From the IMG/VR virus record IMGVR_UViG_3300024999_000038, positions 1 through 64,000 of that record: DNA of 64,000 bases. One strand, given 5' to 3'. Position 1 is the first letter of the stretch; each line of letters starts with the position of its first letter. Origin of the DNA: a virus. Below the pieces are notes generated by a model. That model was not told where the DNA came from, did not search any database, and saw only the letters and a list, made by a program, of their open reading frames with translations. This document shows, in pieces, positions 10,481-19,653 of the stretch. The translations under genes and the position numbers were made by a program.

Positions 10481-10729
10481 TTAATCTCCTCCAATCTATC
10501 AAATTGACAGAAAAGAGGTAAGCTTGGATTTAGAAATGATTACATATATTATATAATCATTTCTTGTAATCTGAGTATTAGAAATTATATAACTATTTTA
10601 AATCTCATAAAAACTCAAATATTATGTTTTGTTTTACATGCATTACCTCAAATTTAAAACTTTATTAAGTTTTGAAACTTATATTTATCATAATCTAATA
10701 TATGAAAATAAATTATTGTTTATTAGTAT

Positions 10730-10960
10730 TTACTCATCATCTTCAGTTTCTCCGTCTTCCATTACATCTTCAACTTCCTCTTCTGTAAAAGAAAATTTAA
10801 CATATTTTCCTGAGAAATTTTTAAGTAGTTCATGAAGAGTTTTAACACCTTCATCTGGGATCGAAACCACAATTAGATTATTATCACCAATTGTCAATTC
10901 ACCTTCAGATGCTAATTTATGTGTAATTTTCTTTGTTTCAGTGAGTTTTGATTTTGCCAT
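10730..10960 (-). CDS. YonK-like small protein
   Basis: 76 aa, L..F.GK.V pattern, acidic tail; position between the phosphoesterase and HU matches SPbeta. Confidence 0.6.
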   Translation of the reverse strand: MAKSKLTETKKITHKLASEGELTIGDNNLIVVSIPDEGVKTLHELLKNFSGKYVKFSFTEEEVEDVMEDGETEDDE

Positions 10961-11017
10961 TGTTGATTTATTCCACCTTTTAATTTATTTTATTAATGTA
11001 ATTATTAAATTTTTATA

Positions 11018-11092
11018 TGGAGCCACTGATAGGACTTGAACCTACAACAAACTGATTACAGGTCAGTTGCTCTACCATTGAGCTACAGTGGC
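11018..11092 (-). tRNA. tRNA-Thr (anticodon UGU), CCA encoded
   Basis: Cloverleaf GCCACTG..GCTC-AATGGTA-GAGC..ACTGA-CCTGTAA-TCAGT..GTAGG-TTCAAGT-CCTAT-CAGTGGC-T-CCA. Confidence 0.95.
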
Positions 11093-11179
11093 ATGTAATG
11101 TGCTACTTTTGCCTTATACTCAATGATATCTATTGAATATAAGGACTTACTGTAGTAGCACAAATATTGTTATGTTATT

Positions 11180-11473
11180 TTATTCTACAATACCCTTAAT
11201 TTTATTATCAAACCCTTTGCCAGCTTTAAAGGAAACCCTAAATGAATCCTCAGAAGTCCATTTTTCTCCTTTGCGATCACCAAATTGGATAGTTCCCTCA
11301 GTTCCCTTAGTTGGTTTCTTTTCAAAGTTGCCAAAATTAACAATTTTTACAGGTTCTCCAGATGCTACAGTTTCTTCAATTACATCTAATACTGTTTGGA
11401 TTGCTTGCTCTGCTTGCTTCTTGGACATTTCGCCTTTGATTGCTACTGCTGCGATTAATTCAAATTTATTCAT
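11180..11473 (-). CDS. hup: HU-family DNA-binding protein (YonN/HBsu-like)
   Basis: MNKFELIAAVA..V.IVNFGNFE..FKAGKGF signature. Confidence 0.9.
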   Translation of the reverse strand: MNKFELIAAVAIKGEMSKKQAEQAIQTVLDVIEETVASGEPVKIVNFGNFEKKPTKGTEGTIQFGDRKGEKWTSEDSFRVSFKAGKGFDNKIKGIVE

Positions 11474-11775
11474 GTTTTAATATATCCCCTTTTTATTTTA
11501 AATTTTTTATTTTTGTTATTACTTTTGACTACTAATATATTATTTTAATCTGAAACCTTATGAGTGTCAGATTATGTGTCTAATATTGGTGCATTGTACT
11601 TTTTTATTAAGTACAAAGACCTATCTTCAATAGTTTGTTTTTAATTATGGTCAATACATTACTTAAATCTTCCCTCCTTAAATTTAATTAAAGAGGCAAC
11701 AGTTATACATACTGTCCCTAACTCCGTACAGATAAACATTCTGAGGGAGAAAATTGATTTGATTTAAAATGTGTT

Positions 11776-12531
11776 CTAGATATTTAATCCAGATTTTAAT
11801 ATTTTATCAACCGCATTATAACTTAATAGTAATGTTTTACAAATTTCTTTAACCATACAACCATTATTGCGTAATTCTAAAACTTTATCGCTTATTTGTT
11901 TGGTAATTTTTGTTCTTTTTCTTTGTTTCGATTTTAATAATATATTGTATTGATTAAGAATAGAAGACCATATTTTTAATCTTTTAATATCCTTAATATA
12001 ACTTTCCGTCACATTAAATAAATCACAGATGTCTTTTGGTTTCATATCCATTAATACAGCAATTTTAACTTTATATGCAATTTCTTTAGGATATAAATAT
12101 GCGTTAGGAGTCATTAATTTCTTAGTTCCTATTGCCTTATCACTCATTAATTTTTTAGTTTCTTCTGTATGCTTTTTACCAATCATGGCATTTCTCATTT
12201 TCAGTAAAGATTCTTTTGAATGCTTATATCCTAAATTACCTGACTTCCCTCCTAAATTCATATTGTACCCATTTGTAAATGAGTCATATTGATCAATATA
12301 GAGCATTTCTAGTTTATCAATTTTATCATTATCTTCATTTATTTCAACGATGTCAAATATAAAATTTTCTTTTCCGTATTTATTCCATGACCTTTGTAGA
12401 TGTAAATTATTATGAATATTCTTATTTAATTCATTTTTATGTTCTTTCCATCTTTTTTCAATATCACGTTTTGTTTGACCAATATAAACTTTATTTGTTA
12501 TAATGTTGACTATTTTATATATGCCTTTCAA
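11776..12531 (-). CDS. GIY-YIG homing endonuclease with NUMOD3 and HTH
   Basis: GIYKI..VYIGQT..RW..H; KHSKES/KHTEETKKLMS NUMOD3 repeats. Confidence 0.9.
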   Translation of the reverse strand: MKGIYKIVNIITNKVYIGQTKRDIEKRWKEHKNELNKNIHNNLHLQRSWNKYGKENFIFDIVEINEDNDKIDKLEMLYIDQYDSFTNGYNMNLGGKSGNLGYKHSKESLLKMRNAMIGKKHTEETKKLMSDKAIGTKKLMTPNAYLYPKEIAYKVKIAVLMDMKPKDICDLFNVTESYIKDIKRLKIWSSILNQYNILLKSKQRKRTKITKQISDKVLELRNNGCMVKEICKTLLLSYNAVDKILKSGLNI

Positions 12532-12596
12532 AAAGAAACACCTGTCTTTCTAAGGTATCTACTCAAATTAGGTAGTACCGAACAAATAACTAATTT

Positions 12597-13847
12597 TTAT
12601 TTCTTCTCAAACAAATCTGAAAATATACTTGAAGCAACACTTCTTACATCTTCTTCTAAATAAACACATCCAAATTCTTTTTTGCCTTTTAGTTCATTAC
12701 ACATCTGTACCAAAGCATTATTTTCTGACGAGTCAATACAAGATTGTTTATAATCACCTGCAAAATATATTTTGGATTTATCTCCTAATCTAGTACCGAC
12801 AAGTTTCAATTGTTTTTGTGAAAAATCAGAACTTTCATCAACCACGATTACAGTCTCATCGTAAGTAGTTCCTTTTAGATAAAAGGGAATATTAGATTCT
12901 AGCACTCCACGGGATAGAAGGACTTCTAATTCTCTTTCTCCTCCTTCTAAAGAATGAACAATTGGTTTAAAAAACATAGAAGTCTTTTCTTCAAAAGTTC
13001 CTTTTAAATATCCTACTTCTTTACCTTCCCCAATTGCTTCTCTAATAGCTAGAAGTTTATTAAAATCACCTTTATCAACCGTTTGATGCAAACCCATTCT
13101 TACACATAAATAAGTTTTCCCTGAACCAACTTTCCCGTTTATAGCACAGATTGGTATTTCTTTATTGTTTAATAAATCTAAAGCACATCTTTGTAAACTA
13201 TTTTTACCTTTTATTATTTTAGAATCTGGAAGTTTTAATCCTATGAACTTTTTTCCATTGAATCTATATTCATCTGTCTTTTTTGCATCAGAGTTATACA
13301 TAATAAGATATTCATTAATTACAAAACCATATTTATTGATTCCATTATCAATATCTAAAAAGAAATCATTAATAAACTTTGTGTCTCCGCTTAATTCCTG
13401 ATACCCTTTGTAAATTTGACCATAAGATTCATTCCCGAATTTCTCACAAGGAATGTTGAGTGATTTACACTTAGCTCTAAACAATAAATCATTACTTATA
13501 GAATAAAATCCATCATCTTTATCATGTAACTCTTTCAAGAGTGCAATTATTTTGTTGTCCATAACGTCTTTATCAAAATATGACGGAAGATTATTATAAT
13601 CTGTTTCATCAATTATGTAAGTGATTTTATCCTTGTATTTCTCGATATCTCTGGTGGCTCGTCTAGCCTGAAATTTAACTTCTTCTGTTTTTCCATTTTT
13701 TTTCAGATTATCTAATTCACCAAGAACATATCCAAATAAATGAATATTATCAAGTGATTCAAAAACTTCTTTAGAATAAGGCAATAATATGTTGGTATCT
13801 AAACATGGTTTAGATTTATCTGAATCTAAACATGGTTTATTGGGCAA
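12597..13847 (-). CDS. phoH: PIN-domain PhoH-family ATPase
   Basis: PIN motifs LDTN, ELD, DNKI, SND; Walker A GKVGSGKT; GYLKG; VVDES; GDYKQ. Confidence 0.9.
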   Translation of the reverse strand: MPNKPCLDSDKSKPCLDTNILLPYSKEVFESLDNIHLFGYVLGELDNLKKNGKTEEVKFQARRATRDIEKYKDKITYIIDETDYNNLPSYFDKDVMDNKIIALLKELHDKDDGFYSISNDLLFRAKCKSLNIPCEKFGNESYGQIYKGYQELSGDTKFINDFFLDIDNGINKYGFVINEYLIMYNSDAKKTDEYRFNGKKFIGLKLPDSKIIKGKNSLQRCALDLLNNKEIPICAINGKVGSGKTYLCVRMGLHQTVDKGDFNKLLAIREAIGEGKEVGYLKGTFEEKTSMFFKPIVHSLEGGERELEVLLSRGVLESNIPFYLKGTTYDETVIVVDESSDFSQKQLKLVGTRLGDKSKIYFAGDYKQSCIDSSENNALVQMCNELKGKKEFGCVYLEEDVRSVASSIFSDLFEKK

Positions 13848-13883
13848 TATAAACCAATCCTCTACTATTTATTTTACTGCTCA

Positions 13884-14150
13884 TTATGAGACACATTCAC
13901 TATTATTACTGTTACTACCAAACAAATATCTCTGATTTTCTTTTATATCATTAATATTCTGTTTATCCTTATCACTTTGCTTTAATCTAATAAGGTAATT
14001 ATATAATGGATCTGTGATATATCTCTGTTTTCTCAAACCACTACTGAACTTACCTATTACTACTAGATTATCTCCGTAATTTCCATGTGTCTGTTTTAGA
14101 ATGTTTCGACTGATTAAGTAAGACGTATCTTGTTTTGATATTTTTTCCAA
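13884..14150 (-). CDS. Hypothetical protein
   Basis: 88 aa with AAAGGAG RBS. Confidence 0.6.
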   Translation of the reverse strand: MEKISKQDTSYLISRNILKQTHGNYGDNLVVIGKFSSGLRKQRYITDPLYNYLIRLKQSDKDKQNINDIKENQRYLFGSNSNNSECVS

Positions 14151-14743
14151 TGTTTTACAAGGACTCCTTTGGAGTTATTTGTTTTATTGTTGACATTATT
14201 ATATATTTAAACTGCAATCGACCAATACAGTTTAATAGCAATTTTAGTAGGGAAGAGTAAGTAATAAATTTAAAACTTACTCCTTTACCCTCTATTTAGT
14301 TCGATATGCTGTGGTCTAGCACATGCCCTCACTACTGTAAGTCGTAGGTTTTGGCATTTTTTTTCATGTGCTAACAGCATATTTGTCTCCTATTTTCATC
14401 CGACCAAAGACTACTCATATTTGACGTTTAGTTTATTATGTGAGAAACTAAGATGTCAGATGTGTATTATCTATAACCCTTACTTTGATAATACTCTATA
14501 CTAGATTATCCGAACAGTCCTATTGGCAAAACTTACAGATAATTTCGCAAAGTTTTCTACTAACATAGCCAATTGTGTTGAATCTCGTTAGTAAGGAAAT
14601 TGGAATTATTTAAAGTGCTATCAGACAAAACACTTATATACCATATACAAGGAATTAAGCATCTTTTTCAAACCCTACTGTAGCAATGGTTTCAGAGGTT
14701 TTATAAATTTATATAATTGTGAAACACCTTATTTTACAATGTT

Positions 14744-17440
14744 TTATATATTTATATCTTCCTTTTTAACTTTCTGATATTTGTTACCAAAAATATTAAA
14801 ATCATAATTGTCTTTTATCTTAATTAATATCTCACATGAATCTAAATCTTTTTTCTTGAAACATTTTAATACTTGTATTTTTTTTGCTATAAATAATAAA
14901 TTTAAAGTCAATATACTATATTTTTTAAACTCAAATTTATCACCCTTTATTTCGGTTAAGCATTTTTTTAAAACTGTTAATATTGTAGAATCATTTGGTT
15001 CAAGTTTTTTAAGTTTTTCAATTGTTTCTTTTTTTGATTTTCTTTCGACAGTCTTTTTAGCTTTGTCATTTAAATTACAACTCTTTGATCTCAAACCATT
15101 TATTCTTTTACCACATTCTTCAATTAGAATAAAAATTGCTTTAGCACTATCTTCTTGATAAATGCCATTTAATTCCTTTGATTGAACCAATAAATCAACA
15201 AAATCCTTATTATTGCTTTTTGATCTTTTTCCCCCTTCAAATACCAATACATCTTGTAATATATCCAAAGGAGTATTAAATTTCTCAAAAATTCTATAAT
15301 CGTTAGACTTAGATATCATACTAAAGAAATGAGGAACTACCATCTTGTCTACCATTTCTCCAAACTTATCTTCCTCTTGAATATATCTTATAGATTCAAT
15401 TTTACGTATTTTACTTAATTCTTTACTCATACTTATATTATCAAATACTTTTTTACTTTTATCTATTTCAATCTGACTCATACTAGACAATCTGCTACTT
15501 GCTTGATATAGTTCATCTGTTATTTTCTTTGATTTTCCTTTTGAAATTGCATCGTTTAAATATGAATTAACTATCTGGCTCATATTGACTATACGACCAA
15601 TATAGTTATCACTTAAAATTACATCTAACTTTTGTAATTCAACCATATTGTTTTTTCTTGGTTTAGAACTACCTTTAATTCTATTTATAGGAGTGGGAAA
15701 ATTAATTTCACAATATTTTGCTTTTGCTGATAAAATATTTGTCGGAATAAGTAATAATGTGTCGGAATCAGTGTCACATCCCTGTAAACGGTCTGGGGCA
15801 TCATTGTCAAAGAAATTTATTATACATATATTTTTAGTGAAATTAAACCAAGTATTATATTCTTTATGATATTTATTTTTAGTATACATTACATTACCAG
15901 AATTGATGTGAGGATTACGTGTTGCACAAAATTCTTGACCATCTTTATAATATTTACAATATATTTCTCTTCCTTTCATAATTGATTTATTTTCATATTT
16001 TCCAACTGTAGCCAAAAGCATTTCATAGGGATTAGATATCAATGTTACATATTTAGTATCCTTTAATCTTATCTTGCCTTCTTTAAGATGTTTTATATAA
16101 TTAGCAATCAAATCACTCTTCATCTTCTTGAATTTTTTAGTATATTGTATATCTGAATTAACTAATAATAAAGCATTCATTAAATCTATATTTTCATATT
16201 CACTTATATTTTCTTCTTCTAAAGATTTCTCAAATTTTATATTTTCCTCTGCATCTGCACATAAATAATTTCTAAATACAGCATTGTCATTTTTTAACAA
16301 CATTACATAATCTCTTTCTATTTTTGTTATTTCCATCAAGTCATCATATGATAGGTTAGGAATACTATTTAATAACTGATAAGTAGTTCTATTATAATTA
16401 CCAAAGTTTCCTTGTTTATCACATTTTACTACTCCAAATACACTATCAATATTATCTACCCAATATTTATGACATTCTTTCTTGTTATCATCTCCTAATT
16501 TATAAGCAAATTTTAAAAATTTTAATGAATTAGGGGTAGTAACTAATTTAATTTTACAGGTTTCATAATCATTTCCAAACATATCTTTTACTACTTTTAC
16601 CTGATTAAATTCAAACCACTTTTGAAGTTTAGTATTAAACGCACAACATTTAAACATATCGCTTCTTAATAACATAAATCCCTTATCTTTTTTTTCATAT
16701 TCTTCAAAAATTGATTCGTCTAAAAGTCCTTGTCCATCAGTCAGACAGTTTTGTAATTTTAATGTTTCATTTTTAGTAGTAATTTCTTTATTTTCTTCTC
16801 TTGTAACGCTTGCTAAACTATTAAATTCCAAACCATATATATCATCTATTAATAAAATTTCCGTCTTAGGATCTAATTCAATAGTAAACTCTATTCCAGA
16901 AGAAATTAATGATTCATAGGCTAATAATGAGGTTAAATCCAATTCTTCATCTTCTTCAAAATCTAATCCCAATCTACTTCTACTCAATAAATCTTTTTTC
17001 ATATTTTCCTGAATAAAAAGCGCATAACCGTTTTTTGCTTTTCCAGAACCTCTTTTGTAAAAAACATAATGTTCATTATCCATAGTAAATCCGTTTATGT
17101 ATAAATATTTTCTAATCTTTTTACTATTAGCAATAGTTATTCTTTTACCATCTATTATATCTCCTTCTTTATCTTGCCATTGTTTTTCTGTATCCCAAAC
17201 AGAATAATTTTTGTCAAAGGTTACATTAATTATTGCTTTTGTATACTGTTTACTATGTACTTCATAAAAAGTTTTTGGAAACATTTTATCCATTCTAATT
17301 GTTTCTAAACTGTAAGGAATGGTGGCAGAGAATAGTTTTGCTAGGTCTCTGCCCTTACATGTAATTTTCTTATTGTCTAATGTATCTTTATATATGTAAC
17401 AAGCTTCTAGATTCATAATATATGCACTTTCTTTTTTCAA
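14744..17440 (-). CDS. yonO: YonO-type single-subunit DNA-dependent RNA polymerase (RdRP-like double-psi barrel)
   Basis: 898 aa; TDGQGL, RNPH and metal-binding GCDTDSD motifs, SQIEID.SK; lies upstream of the HU/late cluster as in SPbeta. Confidence 0.85.
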   Translation of the reverse strand: MKKESAYIMNLEACYIYKDTLDNKKITCKGRDLAKLFSATIPYSLETIRMDKMFPKTFYEVHSKQYTKAIINVTFDKNYSVWDTEKQWQDKEGDIIDGKRITIANSKKIRKYLYINGFTMDNEHYVFYKRGSGKAKNGYALFIQENMKKDLLSRSRLGLDFEEDEELDLTSLLAYESLISSGIEFTIELDPKTEILLIDDIYGLEFNSLASVTREENKEITTKNETLKLQNCLTDGQGLLDESIFEEYEKKDKGFMLLRSDMFKCCAFNTKLQKWFEFNQVKVVKDMFGNDYETCKIKLVTTPNSLKFLKFAYKLGDDNKKECHKYWVDNIDSVFGVVKCDKQGNFGNYNRTTYQLLNSIPNLSYDDLMEITKIERDYVMLLKNDNAVFRNYLCADAEENIKFEKSLEEENISEYENIDLMNALLLVNSDIQYTKKFKKMKSDLIANYIKHLKEGKIRLKDTKYVTLISNPYEMLLATVGKYENKSIMKGREIYCKYYKDGQEFCATRNPHINSGNVMYTKNKYHKEYNTWFNFTKNICIINFFDNDAPDRLQGCDTDSDTLLLIPTNILSAKAKYCEINFPTPINRIKGSSKPRKNNMVELQKLDVILSDNYIGRIVNMSQIVNSYLNDAISKGKSKKITDELYQASSRLSSMSQIEIDKSKKVFDNISMSKELSKIRKIESIRYIQEEDKFGEMVDKMVVPHFFSMISKSNDYRIFEKFNTPLDILQDVLVFEGGKRSKSNNKDFVDLLVQSKELNGIYQEDSAKAIFILIEECGKRINGLRSKSCNLNDKAKKTVERKSKKETIEKLKKLEPNDSTILTVLKKCLTEIKGDKFEFKKYSILTLNLLFIAKKIQVLKCFKKKDLDSCEILIKIKDNYDFNIFGNKYQKVKKEDINI

Positions 17441-18888
17441 GTGGTTATTCCTCCTAATTTATTTATTTCCAACTTCCTTCTAGATATTAAATTTCCATGA
17501 TTTACAGCAGATTGAATAGCTCCTTTTGTTGTATCTAAACTATTAGCGATTTCTTCATAAGTCAAGGATGTATTTATTATTAACTTTTGTGCATCCTCAA
17601 ATTGCCATTTTCTTTTTTCTCTACTACTCACCAACCTACATTCATCTACTGCCGAAGCAATTGTTGAAAATGGAACATCTACTTCTTTAGCAATTTCTTT
17701 ATATGTCATATTTGTAGTATCTAATAAACTTTGTGCTTTTTCTACATCCCACTTAATTTTTAATCTATTGTTAATTAATGATCCATTGTGTACGGTGCTT
17801 GATATAATATTACTATTAATACCCATTTTGTCTGCTATTTCACCATATGTTAATTCTGTATTATCTAAATACCATTGAACCTTTTCTAAGTCCCAATTTC
17901 TTTTAACACCTTCAAAAAATTTTATGTATTCTGGAATTTCTTTTATATGTGGGAAAAATACCTGTATTGCGTCTAAAATGTTTTTATAATCTCTATGATC
18001 TATTTCTACAAAATTATATTTATGTTCAATTGCATAAGTCTTTTTAATTATATCCTTTTTCTTCTGTGCCTCATTGTCATGATATTCACTTTGACACTCT
18101 ATTATTAAATTCAATGTCGGAACATAAATATCATATGGTAAATTATTTTTATATTTAGCACCTAAGTTTGCTTCCCATATAGTATCAGGATATTCATGCC
18201 TAAATACTTGTTTTAGTGCCGATGCCATTTTTGACTCAACTTGTAACATTACACAGTCATTACAAAACACACCTTCATTTCTAATATGACTTAACCCCTT
18301 TAGAAAACTCTCACCACAATTTTCACAAATAAAGTAATATTCTTGTGAAGTTTTAGAATATGTATTTTCAGGTGTTCTTTCCTTATTATTTATATAATCC
18401 CATTGTTTTGACCAATTATATTTATCATTATTAATAAAATTTTTATTTTCATTAGGGAATGTTTTTATTATGTTCCTATTTTTATCTCCGCAACTAATAC
18501 ATCTCATACCTTCTCCTTTTGTGGTAATGGTAGATAAACTTATAAAATTCTCTTTATCTTTTCCACAATCTATACAAGTTGTTCTTACCATAAGACTTGT
18601 TTTTGTACGCTTTATTTCTAATAATTTAATTCCAATTGGTTTTAATCTTTCAATAATTTCATCATCTAATATTTTAGAATTACGTCTAGCATATATAATC
18701 CCACACTCTTTGCATCTAACTTTATTCTTTTTTAGATTAGATAATGAAATCCATTTCTTCTTACCACAATCTATACATCCTATTTCTAAAAACCATCTTT
18801 TATTTTCGTATTTTGTATTATGTAACTCCACTTTTTTCTGCATTACTACATTTAATAAATCATCATGTGTTATCTCTTTTCTAGGCAA
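17437..18888 (-). CDS. Zn-ribbon / PD-(D/E)xK-like endonuclease with three C-terminal HTH repeats
   Basis: Several CxxC pairs; PYDIY..IECQSEYH nuclease motif; three ~48-aa W..E..TY.EIA repeats. Confidence 0.65.
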   Translation of the reverse strand: MPRKEITHDDLLNVVMQKKVELHNTKYENKRWFLEIGCIDCGKKKWISLSNLKKNKVRCKECGIIYARRNSKILDDEIIERLKPIGIKLLEIKRTKTSLMVRTTCIDCGKDKENFISLSTITTKGEGMRCISCGDKNRNIIKTFPNENKNFINNDKYNWSKQWDYINNKERTPENTYSKTSQEYYFICENCGESFLKGLSHIRNEGVFCNDCVMLQVESKMASALKQVFRHEYPDTIWEANLGAKYKNNLPYDIYVPTLNLIIECQSEYHDNEAQKKKDIIKKTYAIEHKYNFVEIDHRDYKNILDAIQVFFPHIKEIPEYIKFFEGVKRNWDLEKVQWYLDNTELTYGEIADKMGINSNIISSTVHNGSLINNRLKIKWDVEKAQSLLDTTNMTYKEIAKEVDVPFSTIASAVDECRLVSSREKRKWQFEDAQKLIINTSLTYEEIANSLDTTKGAIQSAVNHGNLISRRKLEINKLGGITT

Positions 18889-18991
18889 TTAATTATTCCT
18901 CCATCTTTTATTTTATTATAATAGGCATAAGGAGAGCATAAAACTCCCCTATACCATATAATACACCAACACCAAACCCCTAACAATCCTC

Positions 18992-19255
18992 TTATTCCCC
19001 ATAAATCAAAGCACAAATTCTCTCAACAATATATTCTTTATCACATTTTACATGATACATTGCCAATAAATCATAAGCATCTCTTAACTCTAATTCATAA
19101 AACACTTGTGGAGATTCATTTAAATCTATTAGAAAATAACTTTCGTCATCACCTTTTACTCCATCTAGTAGTCTATATCCAAATAAATCAAATAATGTTC
19201 TTGCACCATTTTGTGCTTTATCTAAGTAAATTTTATCTGTAATTTTATTAATCAT
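18992..19255 (-). CDS. Hypothetical protein
   Basis: ORF with RBS. Confidence 0.55.
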   Translation of the reverse strand: MINKITDKIYLDKAQNGARTLFDLFGYRLLDGVKGDDESYFLIDLNESPQVFYELELRDAYDLLAMYHVKCDKEYIVERICALIYGE

Positions 19256-19302
19256 TTTAATTTTCCTTCTTTCTATTTTTATATTACCTGTAGTTTTTTG
19301 AA

Positions 19303-19533
19303 TCAGAACTCATACAGTGCAAAAATATCTTCTTTGTATACCAATACACATTCATTTAGTACATGGTTATATCCCGTTGCTAAATCTACAACATTATATG
19401 AAATAGAATTCTTTCCATCTGAATAAAAATATACGTTCTCAACACTTATTATCCCAATAGGTGACAATGAATCAGTTTTATTCCAAAATAATTTATCACC
19501 AATGTTAAACTTTGTGTCAAATTCTATATGCAT
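19303..19533 (-). CDS. Hypothetical protein (start revised to MHIEFDTKFNIGD)
   Basis: GAAAGGAATGTG RBS precedes the ATG at 19533. Confidence 0.55.
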   Translation of the reverse strand: MHIEFDTKFNIGDKLFWNKTDSLSPIGIISVENVYFYSDGKNSISYNVVDLATGYNHVLNECVLVYKEDIFALYEF

Positions 19534-19653
19534 AAAATCACATTCCTTTCCTATTAATATTTTCCAACCAACGCACCAAAAACAGCATTTAGTCGCGTTG
19601 GTTGGTTTTATCAAATAAAATCAAATAAAACTCACCATTTATAGGACATTATT

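Noticed and set aside
11500-12600. Group I intron around the GIY-YIG gene
   Set aside because: The flanking genes (phoH, HU) are intact and no P7/catalytic core was recognised; treated as free-standing.
13797-13840. Duplicated KPCLD at the PhoH N-terminus
   Set aside because: A short in-frame local duplication with no sign of function.
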